Origin: Candidatus Poseidoniaceae archaeon
GTDB taxonomy: Archaea; Thermoplasmatota; Poseidoniia; Poseidoniales; Poseidoniaceae
Assembly: GCA_949372645.1 (NCBI GenBank)
Contig: CASIAP010000011.1
Span: 159,006 to 223,005, forward strand
DNA: 64,000 nucleotides
Reading direction: 5' to 3'
A program made the position numbers and the translations under genes. Shown one piece after another: positions 26,955-36,900 of the stretch (positions within the stretch are counted from its first letter, which is position 1; each line of letters starts with the position of its first letter). Below the pieces are notes generated by a model, which ran no database searches, was not told the origin of the DNA, and was given only the letters and a program-made list of their open reading frames with translations.

Positions 26955-27857
26955 ATGTCGAAGGGTGAAATTGTCGCAGGTTGTTTAGCACCTCACCCAC
27001 CTCACTTGGTCTATGCAGAGAATCCTCCACAGAATGAGCCCATTGCTGAAGGTGGTTGGGAACAGTTACGATGGGGATATGAACGACTACGTGAATCCCT
27101 TGCTGATGTTGAATATGATGCCATCGTCCTGCTTTCGCCACACTGGCAAACCTACATCGGAACCCATTTCCTTGGACTTCCTAAATTCAAAAATCTTTCC
27201 GTCGACCCCGTGTTCCCAAATTTGTTCCGCTACCACTATGACCTCGACATTGATGTCGAGCTCGCACAACAAATTCACGACCGCGCTGCTGATGCTGGCT
27301 TGGCTGTTACAATGATGAAAAACCCTGACTTCCGCGTTGATTATGGTGCAATTACCACCGGCCACATGTTCAACCCTGCTTGGGACAAGCCCCTCGTGGT
27401 TATTTCGAGTAACCGTTCACGAGACTATTACTCGGTTGAAGTAATGCAAGAAATGATGATTGAATTAGGACGTGTTACTCGTGAAGCAATTCTTGCAAGT
27501 GGAAAGAAAGTCGTCGTCATTGCGAGTAATTCACTCTCACACCGCCACTTCACAACAGAATCTGCAATACCAGAGGACATGAGTAAAGAGCACATTACCA
27601 GTCATGCAATGCATTTGTGGGACATGCGTATGATTGAGTATTTCCGTACAGGGCAAGCGCAACGGATTCTCGATGAAATGCCTGAGTTTACTGAACAAGC
27701 AATCGCTGAAAGTGATGGAGGTGGACTTTCTTGGCTTCTTTCAACCCTTGATGTTCCAACCTATCCAGGAATTCTTCACGGCTATGGAACCATCATCGGT
27801 ACAGGCAATGCAATTGTTGAATGGCCTGCTCGTGATCATCAGGAGGCGAGTGAATGA
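26955..27857 (+). CDS. Class III (LigB-type) extradiol ring-cleavage dioxygenase, catalytic subunit, AmnB-like
   Basis: CLAPHPPHLVY near the N terminus, LLSPHWQT, SNSLSHRHF, GYGTIIGTGNA. ATG 26955 (MSKGEIVAG..) preferred over the track start 26874. Confidence 0.75.
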   Translation: MSKGEIVAGCLAPHPPHLVYAENPPQNEPIAEGGWEQLRWGYERLRESLADVEYDAIVLLSPHWQTYIGTHFLGLPKFKNLSVDPVFPNLFRYHYDLDIDVELAQQIHDRAADAGLAVTMMKNPDFRVDYGAITTGHMFNPAWDKPLVVISSNRSRDYYSVEVMQEMMIELGRVTREAILASGKKVVVIASNSLSHRHFTTESAIPEDMSKEHITSHAMHLWDMRMIEYFRTGQAQRILDEMPEFTEQAIAESDGGGLSWLLSTLDVPTYPGILHGYGTIIGTGNAIVEWPARDHQEASE

Positions 27858-29290
27858 CCAATGGAGAATTACTCGGATCGTATATCGTCCCAGTCCATCC
27901 ACATACGGTGCTTGCACCTGAACAAAACGAAGGATGGGGTCGATTACGTGAAGCCTACGATATCGCTGCACAGCGTATTAAAGACAGTGGAGCAGACCTT
28001 TTGATTATCTATTCGACCACTTGGCCAAGTATCATTGGACATCAAATCATTGCAGATCCGAATCCAGAATGGGTCATGGTCGACCATGATTTCCACGAGT
28101 TGGGTTCGATTCCTTATTCGTTTAATATTGATGAGAAGTTTGCACACGCTTGGAATGACGCAAATGAAAAACGTGGCCTTAAGAGTCGAACAGTTGCTTA
28201 CCATGGATTCCCGATTGATGTAGGGTCTGTAGTTGCCTTGAAACTCTTGAATCCCGATAATACAATCCCTGCCGTCATCGTATCTTCCAACGTGTATGCA
28301 AATCGTGCTGAGACAACTGTTCTTGCTAAGGCGTGTATGGATGTGGTCACAGCAACCGGAAGAAAGGCAATAGCAATCACTGCAATGTCGCTTTCGAATC
28401 GAATGTTTACCAAACCGATTGAACCAAAGGATGACCGGATTCATTCACTCAAAGATGATGAATGGAATCGAAAGATTCTCGAACTTTTAGGTGAAGGGCG
28501 TCTCGAAGATGTCGGACAGTTATCACGAACGATTCACCGTCAGATACGGGTCAACAAAGTCGTAGCATTCAAACCGATGTGGTGGCTTTCAGGAATGAAT
28601 ACAAACCGAAACAACCTGACCGGTGAAGTACTTGCCTATGAGGCTCTGCATGGTGCTGGAGGAGCAGTTGTCCATCTTGACCCGACCCCATCAGGTGCAG
28701 GTGACATCGAATATGATGAAGATAACGTTGAATATTTTGCAGGTGAACGGAATGTATTGGATGGCGACCAAAGAGAACATCAAGAAGACCTAGAATCGAA
28801 TTTTGAAGCTCCAACCGAGATGGTTCAAGAGAATGGACCGGCTTTATGGGATCCAACAGAAAGTAAAGATTCTGTCAACAGTGAGGCTGCTCCAAAGCCA
28901 GTGGGAGCTTATCCGCATGCTCGACGTGTGGGAGACTTGCTCTATCTCTCAGGTGTGGGCCCACGCCAACCTGGAACCAATGCAATACCGGGTGGACCCA
29001 TCCATGACAAAGATGGAAAACCCCTCAATTATGACATTAAAGCACAAACTCAAGCGGTCGTCGACAACATTACACGGATTCTTGAAGAAGCGGGAGGGAC
29101 AATTAACGATGTGCTCGATGTAACTTCTTTCCTCGTGGACATGGATCGTGACTTCCAAGGCTACAATGAAGTCTGGGCGGAAACCCTTGGTAAAGTTGGA
29201 CCGACACGAACCACACTGGCAATTCGTGCTCTCCCTACACCGATTGCTGTTGAAATGAAGGTCATTGCCAAGGCGCCGAAGACAAAGTAA
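27854..29290 (+). CDS. Degenerate LigB-type subunit (AmnA-like) fused to a C-terminal RidA/YjgF/L-PSP domain
   Basis: ATGA start/stop overlap with the upstream gene. The N-terminal ~290 aa are paralogous to the upstream ORF but lack two conserved His positions (STTWPS, SLSNRMF). The C-terminal 136 aa (28880-29287) contain PVGAYPHARRVGDLLYLSG..TTLAIRALPTPIAVEMKVIA. Confidence 0.75.
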   Translation: MTNGELLGSYIVPVHPHTVLAPEQNEGWGRLREAYDIAAQRIKDSGADLLIIYSTTWPSIIGHQIIADPNPEWVMVDHDFHELGSIPYSFNIDEKFAHAWNDANEKRGLKSRTVAYHGFPIDVGSVVALKLLNPDNTIPAVIVSSNVYANRAETTVLAKACMDVVTATGRKAIAITAMSLSNRMFTKPIEPKDDRIHSLKDDEWNRKILELLGEGRLEDVGQLSRTIHRQIRVNKVVAFKPMWWLSGMNTNRNNLTGEVLAYEALHGAGGAVVHLDPTPSGAGDIEYDEDNVEYFAGERNVLDGDQREHQEDLESNFEAPTEMVQENGPALWDPTESKDSVNSEAAPKPVGAYPHARRVGDLLYLSGVGPRQPGTNAIPGGPIHDKDGKPLNYDIKAQTQAVVDNITRILEEAGGTINDVLDVTSFLVDMDRDFQGYNEVWAETLGKVGPTRTTLAIRALPTPIAVEMKVIAKAPKTK

Positions 29291-29396
29291 GTTTCCGCAT
29301 TCCGGAACTTCGCATCGGAAAGGCGCCACAAACCTATATGATACGGCGATTTACCCTCCAATACTAGTAGAATACTGGTACTTTTCCGGTGATTAA

Positions 29397-31079
29397 ATGG
29401 ATTTGAAAAGCACTGCAGGTAAACTCATCCAAGGCGATGTCCGAGGAGTAATGGATGACATCTCCAAAACGATCGAAAGAACGATTGGACTTTCCGGTAT
29501 CGTCATCATATCCTTGTCCTCAATGCTTGGTTCAGGTCTTTTTGTAATGCCTGCTTTTGCCGCCCAAATGATGGGTCCCGGTATTTGGTTGGCCTTCTTA
29601 CTTGCGGCAACAGTTGTACTCCCAGGTGCGCTCTCTAAATCCGAACTCGCCTCTGCTATGCCTTCGAGTGGTGGATCTTATGTTTACCTTGAACGAACCT
29701 ATGGCCCCTTGTTTGGAACCATCAGCGGACTTGGTTTATGGGCTTCATTCCTTCTCAAAGCGTCCTTTGCCTTGATTGGATTCTCAGCATATATGTATGC
29801 ACTCACCACCTACTTCGAATTTGAACTTACCAAAAATAATCTTCAGTGGATTTCGGTTGGCGCTCTTATTCTCATCACCGTAGTGAACATTTTCGGTGTC
29901 AAAAAGGTGAAAGCCATCCAAACTCCAATCCTTGCCGTCACTATGCTCTTGTTGGGGATTATCTGTATTGTTGCGTTATTCGACCCCGCCACTGACTTTT
30001 CACGCCCTCTTAACGGTGGAGACGGTGCTTTTGACCAGTCGTTAGCAACTATTGCAGAAACTGCAGCATTCGTGTTTGTGGCTTACGCAGGTGTAACAAA
30101 AGTGGCAGCCATTGGTGGTGAAGTGAAGGAACCAGGTCGTAACCTCCCACTTGGAATCATGATTTCCTTGTTGATTGCCACCATCCTCTATTGTGTCGTA
30201 ACCTATGTGATGATGGCTGCACTTCCAGATTACTGGTACTTGACTGGCCAATCAATAGGTGGTGAACCAATCGAAGACCCAGTCTATTATTTCGTCAAAG
30301 TCATTGCTGGCTCTAAGGTTGGTGCGCTTGCAGCAGCATTGGCGGTGTTAACAATGATCTCAATGGCGCTCGCTGGTATTCTGGCAGCATCGCGCTTCTT
30401 GTTTGCAATGGCACGTGACAACCTCCTCCCTCAGTCTCTCGAAACGGTGAACGCAAAATATGAAACTCCACATTGGCCAATTATTATCACTGGATTAGCA
30501 ATGCTACTTGCCATACTGTTCTTGCCTGTGAAAGATGTTGCCAAATTGGCATCTGGTTTCAAAATCATGGTGTTCATGATGATTAATTCCTGTGTGCTTG
30601 TACTTCGACGCTCACCTCAAGCCCAAGTATGGTACAAACCTGAATACAAATCCCACCTGTACCCATGGATTCAGATTTGGGGTATCGTTGCAGGTATTGC
30701 TCTGATTTACCTCATGGGGAGTAAAGCATTCATTGGTGCAGGAGCCGCTGTTGCACTTGGGACAATCACCTATTACGGCTACGGAAGAAAACACAGCCAA
30801 ATCCGTACTACACCATTCCAAAGCCTCCGCATGCAGTTCTCAAATCCAACTGAAGCAGAGCACAAGCTCCGTCTTGCTGCGTTCAAGGCTGCAGACCTTG
30901 GTCAAAAGAACCACCTCACTGTACCGGAGTTCATCAACGCACTCAAGGCCCTTGACTTCAATTATTCAAACGATGAATACCGCGACATATTCCACAAATC
31001 GGATGCAGATGAAAATGGAGTGATCGATATTGATGAGTTTATTACGGCGTTTGAAAATGAATTGCCCGAAGAAGAATGA
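29397..31079 (+). CDS. APC-superfamily amino acid permease with C-terminal EF-hand pair
   Basis: About 12 TM helices with APC-type GSGLFV and SGGSYVY motifs. The C-terminal 78 aa include a canonical EF loop DADENGVIDIDE (31002-31037). Confidence 0.8.
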   Translation: MDLKSTAGKLIQGDVRGVMDDISKTIERTIGLSGIVIISLSSMLGSGLFVMPAFAAQMMGPGIWLAFLLAATVVLPGALSKSELASAMPSSGGSYVYLERTYGPLFGTISGLGLWASFLLKASFALIGFSAYMYALTTYFEFELTKNNLQWISVGALILITVVNIFGVKKVKAIQTPILAVTMLLLGIICIVALFDPATDFSRPLNGGDGAFDQSLATIAETAAFVFVAYAGVTKVAAIGGEVKEPGRNLPLGIMISLLIATILYCVVTYVMMAALPDYWYLTGQSIGGEPIEDPVYYFVKVIAGSKVGALAAALAVLTMISMALAGILAASRFLFAMARDNLLPQSLETVNAKYETPHWPIIITGLAMLLAILFLPVKDVAKLASGFKIMVFMMINSCVLVLRRSPQAQVWYKPEYKSHLYPWIQIWGIVAGIALIYLMGSKAFIGAGAAVALGTITYYGYGRKHSQIRTTPFQSLRMQFSNPTEAEHKLRLAAFKAADLGQKNHLTVPEFINALKALDFNYSNDEYRDIFHKSDADENGVIDIDEFITAFENELPEEE

Positions 31080-31249
31080 TCAGTTCAAAAACGGGCTGAT
31101 TAGAAGACTTAGATTCACCAGTGGGTAAACGATTTCACTCGTGAAGACTGAAAGAAGAGTATGGCCTTGCCAGCAAATAAGGATTGGAAGAAGCCACAAG
31201 GTTTGCTTTAGGTCATCTGAATCCATCAGAGGCGTTGAGTTCGACACGC

Positions 31250-33892
31250 TTACTCACCTCGTGTCCACGAACCATCTGCACCGACATTCCAATATTGCAC
31301 TTCACTGCTAACATCAACATACCAGCCGGTTGAACCTTGTTCTGTTCCTGGAGCTGCTTGCATAACCCCTACCTCGGTTGCCTGTTGGGCGAGAGAGGAA
31401 CGCAATTCATCAGTTAATACACCCGGAGTCAATGGTTCAATTCCCTTCTTTTCCGTTGAGATAGCCTCGTTTATGTCATTTTCATCGATGATTTCTTGTT
31501 CAGACTCATATTCAAAATCATCATCAAAGTCATCTTCAAAGTCATTTTCCAATCCTTCATCGTCTTGCTGATTGGCTCGGCGAACCAAGACCACTAAGGT
31601 GACAAGAATAAGTGCTAACAAAAAGATACCCAGAGTCATAGCGGTGTTTGTCGAACCTACAGCACCTCCAAGGAGTACTGCTTCAACATCAAAGTAATTT
31701 TGAGAAATTAGACCTTCCCATAGAACGTTACAAGAGCGATCGTTCCCGGCAGTCGAAACATCCAATTCCCACGTGTCCGAAGTCACATGTTCAGCTGGAC
31801 CCGAAGTGCAACTTACTGTCGTATTTTCTGCATCTACTTCAACAAGATTCTCAAAAATATCAATACCTTGAACTCGAAGAAGAACGGTATCACCTTGAGC
31901 AATACTTTGGTCTTCGATCGAAGAAACGAGTCTCACTGCATCTCCAGGTTCAACAGTGAGTGGGATGCTGTGTACTGCTCCATCTTGGACAAGTTGAAGC
32001 GTGTAGATTCCTGAAGTTTGACCAATTAAATTCCAATAACCGTTTCCTGATGAAGATGCTTGTAATGTAGCGTATTGACCGTCTAATGTCGTCGTCACAT
32101 TGGTTGAAGGAGCAAGGTTACCATGTGCATCTAGAGTTTGAATGAAAAGCTCCTTTGCAATTCCAGCTTGGACTGTCAAACCATCTTCCATATCGGTAAT
32201 CAAGTTTCGAGCTTCACCGGTAACGACCGTAAGACGAACTGTTGCGAAGATTCCGTCAGCATTCGCTCGTATTTCATGCTCTCCAACTTCAGTTGGAATC
32301 CAATGCATGTCTGAAAGAAGAATTTCAACTGTTGCATCTTCATCGTCAACAGTCCAATTTAATCCAATTTCATCGAGAGGATTTGAATAGGCGTCAAAGA
32401 ACAACGGGCTAAGAGACAATGCAGTATCAGAGGGTAAGATTTCACCTTCACCATTTAATTGTATAAATGCTAATCGACCGGCTTTAGACTGAATTTGGAG
32501 AACAGATGAAAACCGGGTATCAGTGGTCGAGTCAAACCAAGAGCCTTCAATCCTCCAAGTCATCGCTTGTTGTGGATTGATGGTTGCATAGCCATTGTAT
32601 CCAATGTATTGAGAATCATTACCGTTGACTAAAGAGAAGGTACCATTCACCATCCACTCATTGCCAACTACGTCGATAGCAGTGAAGGTAACAGTACTTT
32701 GTTCACCTGCAATTAAGGTCATGGGGGTAAGCTGAAGGGATGTATCAATCGCTTTACCATGAATCACTTCGACTGAGAGCGTTGAAATCACACCTTCATC
32801 ATTCACGGTAAGTTGATGCATCCCCACTGTTCCAGGAGACCAATAGACTGCATCATCAATTGTAGCTAATCCTCCACTGGTCACGCTGAAGTTTTCAAGA
32901 GGCGGTGTGATTGTCCCAGTATATCCCTGTGAATCGGTACGCATTGCTGTAAGTTCATATGAGGTTCCTGCTGTAAAGGCTTGATCATCTGATACAACCA
33001 TTATTTGCGAAAGAGCGGCATTGGCAGGTACGACTCGAATCTTTCCCGAACCAGTAATATTGCCGGCAGACACGGTTACGTTCCAAGAGCCTGGGTATGA
33101 GCCAGTGAACCAGCCAGATGGAAGAATGGACCCGTTCTCAACGGTCCACATTCTGTTACCTGCTTCAGTAATATTCATTTCAAAACCATTGATATCGAGC
33201 AGTTGAGGTGACATCAAGAGAGAATTTCCACTTCGAACTTGCAGCCCTTCGTCAAATACAAATTCATATGGAGAGCCCGCAAAGACCTCGATTGTTGAAA
33301 CATGTTCCATCTGATGAAGGCGAGCACGGACCACATACGTGCCTAAATTTTGAGGTGTCCAAGAAGGAGTTCCTACTCCTGCATAACTTCCATCGACTGT
33401 CCATACGGCAGTGTTTGATAATTGAGCATTTCCACGAGCATCAAGAAGATTTACAGAAAGGTCCATTGGAACCAATACATGCGCAGTTATACTTGTGATT
33501 TCAAGAGATTGTCCAACACCGGCTGTAACCGTAACATTGAGAGAACCTGTTAAGCCATTATGAGATGCTTCAATCGTAATGACTCCAGAACTCCATGGAT
33601 AAAACATCCCATTGGAGGAGATGGAACCATTCGAACAACTCCATGTCACATCTCCTGTTGCAAGGTTATTCACTGAATCATATAACTCAGCAGTAAACAT
33701 GGTGACTTCATCAGCTGAAAGAATGGTTAGATCTGCTAACACTTCAACTCGAACGGGTGTACCCGCTCGGGCAAGAAGTTGCTCATCATCCAGTGAAGAG
33801 GGAGTGAACACAGGATGAAGCCCTTGAAACGAAAACAAAGCCGTGCAAAGCATGCAGAGCATGATTGTCCGTAGTTGACTCAAGGTTCGCAT
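31250..33892 (-). CDS. Surface protein with Ig-like (BIG2-like) repeats, TM anchor and acidic/Trp cytoplasmic tail
   Basis: Start at MRTLSQLRTIMLCMLCTALFSF (33892), preceded by GGTGGA. Repeated ~90-aa beta domains. C-terminal helix LGIFLLALILVTLVVLV followed by a 110-aa tail. Confidence 0.75.
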   Translation of the reverse strand: MRTLSQLRTIMLCMLCTALFSFQGLHPVFTPSSLDDEQLLARAGTPVRVEVLADLTILSADEVTMFTAELYDSVNNLATGDVTWSCSNGSISSNGMFYPWSSGVITIEASHNGLTGSLNVTVTAGVGQSLEITSITAHVLVPMDLSVNLLDARGNAQLSNTAVWTVDGSYAGVGTPSWTPQNLGTYVVRARLHQMEHVSTIEVFAGSPYEFVFDEGLQVRSGNSLLMSPQLLDINGFEMNITEAGNRMWTVENGSILPSGWFTGSYPGSWNVTVSAGNITGSGKIRVVPANAALSQIMVVSDDQAFTAGTSYELTAMRTDSQGYTGTITPPLENFSVTSGGLATIDDAVYWSPGTVGMHQLTVNDEGVISTLSVEVIHGKAIDTSLQLTPMTLIAGEQSTVTFTAIDVVGNEWMVNGTFSLVNGNDSQYIGYNGYATINPQQAMTWRIEGSWFDSTTDTRFSSVLQIQSKAGRLAFIQLNGEGEILPSDTALSLSPLFFDAYSNPLDEIGLNWTVDDEDATVEILLSDMHWIPTEVGEHEIRANADGIFATVRLTVVTGEARNLITDMEDGLTVQAGIAKELFIQTLDAHGNLAPSTNVTTTLDGQYATLQASSSGNGYWNLIGQTSGIYTLQLVQDGAVHSIPLTVEPGDAVRLVSSIEDQSIAQGDTVLLRVQGIDIFENLVEVDAENTTVSCTSGPAEHVTSDTWELDVSTAGNDRSCNVLWEGLISQNYFDVEAVLLGGAVGSTNTAMTLGIFLLALILVTLVVLVRRANQQDDEGLENDFEDDFDDDFEYESEQEIIDENDINEAISTEKKGIEPLTPGVLTDELRSSLAQQATEVGVMQAAPGTEQGSTGWYVDVSSEVQYWNVGADGSWTRGE

Positions 33893-33934
33893 AATTCCAC
33901 CTTCACCCTCAACATCTATCAAGGATATGGAGGA

Positions 33935-36900
33935 TTATTCCGTCCATTCGCCCCATTCGCCTTCACCTTCTTGGCGGTACCACCAAGTGCCGTTTTCATC
34001 TTCAGCCCATTCAGTACCATCATCATCAACACGGTGTTCAACTTGCCAAGAAGTGTCTTCGGCTACAGGTTCGAGTTCAGGTATCGACTTCGCAACGGGC
34101 GCTGGTCCGGTTGGCCCTGGAGCAGGACCTGACGGAGCCTCATCATCCGAGTCGTATGAATATTCATCATCGTCATCATAGTCAGTATCTCCACCGCGTA
34201 GCGTTAAAACAAGCAAACCAATGATGACAAGACTCACAATAGCGATAAGAACTGCACCAACATAGTAAAGCGCACCCCCTGCTTTGAAGAAGCCACCTAC
34301 ATTTCCATTGACTTCAATCGTTCGTTCTTCAGAGACCTTACCGGCAGTGATGGTAACGGTTTGTGGACCATCGTCAAGCGTGACGACATCCCAGACCCCT
34401 TGGCCTTGATTGAGCACTTCTGCACGACCTGTTACATCGACATTTGCACTCGATGGTATTGGAATCTGATTGAGATAGGCGTCGAAGGCTTTGACCCTAA
34501 CTGTGAAACTACCCAATTGGTCAATGGACTCTGAAGATAATTCAATCACGAGGGAATCAACGATAGAAAGTGGATCAACTGAAATATCCGCCCAACTTTC
34601 AGCGCTTCCTGTTGAGAAATTCAAAGTGTGGGGTCCAGCAGTCGTTGCAGTATAGACATAAGTTCCGTCATTTTGACCTTCGGAAGAAATGTTTTCAACT
34701 GTAACGCCATTTTCAGACCACTCAACCAGTTGCGGGAATGTGTTTCCATCAGCATCTTGCCCGGTAACCACCATCGTAATTTCGCCACCAGCAGTTTGTT
34801 CAGCAGTATCGAGCTCAGCCGACACAAGAATCGCTTGACCATGGTGAACAATCATCGAAACACTGTCACCGATTGGGTAGCCAGCATCGTTGATAACAGA
34901 GGCTGAAATACTCCAATTGCCAACAAGAGATGCTTGCCAGCGCATATTGTCATTGAGAAGAGAATCAGTGATAATTTCAATCCCCTCCTGATCCGAATCG
35001 AGATTCGTCAAATACCAAACCAAAATCGAAGGGTCAATCGGATTCATATCCAAGTCATAGAGCTCTACAGTGAAGTCGATAAATTCATCTGCCGTGATAT
35101 CAAAGGCTGTGTTTGGCGTTCCATCTGAACCTGTAGCAGTCATAACAACCGAATCAAGATCTCCATGTGAAACTGTGACGTTAATAGAGACTTCATGAAC
35201 AAGAGAGCCATCGTCATAGGTTGCTGTAATTGAATATGGTTCTGTTGATGCTAAGTATGGAACAAAGGTTGTTTCATCACCAGAAAGTTGTTCAAGTGCC
35301 GATTGAGCTGTCCATTGCGAATGGGTAATTGTCCAGTTCGCAGAGATGATCCAACGGTTATCTCTCTGATCATACGCTTTGACTTTGATGTCAAGGATGT
35401 CATCGGCCGTAATATCGAACGACTCCCAGGTTGAAACATTATTATCAATAATGAGAATCAATGAAACAATCGCTCCTTCTTGGACCGTAATGGTGATTTG
35501 TGAAGATACTGTTTCATAATATGCTTCGATGATTTTTGCACCCCGGGATGTAGGAGTCCATATCGCTGGAGCTCCAACCATCAATTGTCCATCTTGAATC
35601 TGACTCCAGTTTTCACTTGGGAGAAGAACTGGTAATCGGTTACCGCGGATATCAATACGAGTTGTATTAATCCAAACATTTTCATCAGCTGTGATGGAAG
35701 TAACCGATGCATCGAGTTCTAAACTTTCCATTTCACCATGGCCAACCGTTAGCATCAAAGAACCTCCAGCACCTGATGTTGAGGTGAGATTCAAGTACCA
35801 CATTCCAACATGGTCCGGGAAGTATTCATTGGAAGTTTCACTGTAGTTTCCATTGGTCATCATCCAAGTAAAGTCACCTGCTTCAGTAGGATCTAAGATT
35901 TCATTATCATATTGGTCATACAAGGTATGGGTAACACTACACCAAATTCCTGCAGGGACCGTACCTTGGCACCCTTCCAATGCAAAGTAGGAGGGGATTC
36001 CTGTTTCGACCGTAATGGACACAACGGTGGTTTGTGTAATGCCTGTCAGATCGGTCCAAGAGACTTGAACCGTTTGAACTCCACTTGCATGTGGAAGATA
36101 GAGACCTTCAATGGATGAATCCATACTGCCATTGCTTGGGATATAAGTGATTGATTGGCCTGAAACGATGTTACCATATTGATCAACAACTGTTGCTGTG
36201 ATTTGTAAAGTATCATCGGCTGAAATGGTTGTTGATTCCGGCAGAACGTTCAATGTCTTAGGAGCACCAGGAGTTACTGTTACAATTTCGGTTGTACAAA
36301 TGATACCGAAGCATGCAGTGATTGTTTGTTGGCCGACAGAATATGGAGTAAAGACTCCAGTCGAAGTAATGCTCCCATTACTTGCGCTCCAGAGAACTGG
36401 TGCGCTGATCGGCATTGTCAAATGGTCACGTGCGACATAAGAAAAGGCAACAGGAGTATCTGCATCAGTTGTTGGTGCTGTAGGAGTTAACACAATCGAA
36501 GTCACATTAGTGTGATTCAATAGAATTTGTGGGCGGAAACTTTCAACTGAGTTTTCACTGGATACAAAGTTGGCTATTAATGCGCCCCGGTTAGGTGTGG
36601 CGAGAACAATCCAAGCATTGTTGTTATCAATTAGCATTCCACTGACTCCTATATCAAACCAAATCCACCGATTTTCGCTCATATCAGTTTCCACGAAGGT
36701 AGAAATTGGTGTTGCCTCATAATCGACACCAGCTTGCATACCGGGCGCACCCCAAGCACCTGTCGATGCAGAAGAGGATGCATTCCAAGTGGAGGAGGAT
36801 TGTGCCCATTGAGTGTTGAGGATTCTATGGACACTGAATGTCATTTCATTTGCTCCACCAGAAGTTACCCATGAATCAAGATAAAGTCCAAGACTTGCTG

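Noticed and set aside
33927-34181. 84-aa Ser-rich plus-strand ORF across the 3' end of the giant gene.
   Set aside because: It is the antisense frame of the Asp/Glu/Trp-rich tail and has no start context or motif.
31253-34198. Calling the Trp-rich tails bona fide WW domains.
   Set aside because: I kept this only as a WW-like hypothesis. The motifs are short, the loops are shorter than canonical, the terminal Pro is missing, and acidic Trp-rich sequence could arise by composition. A profile search or structure prediction is needed before any domain call.
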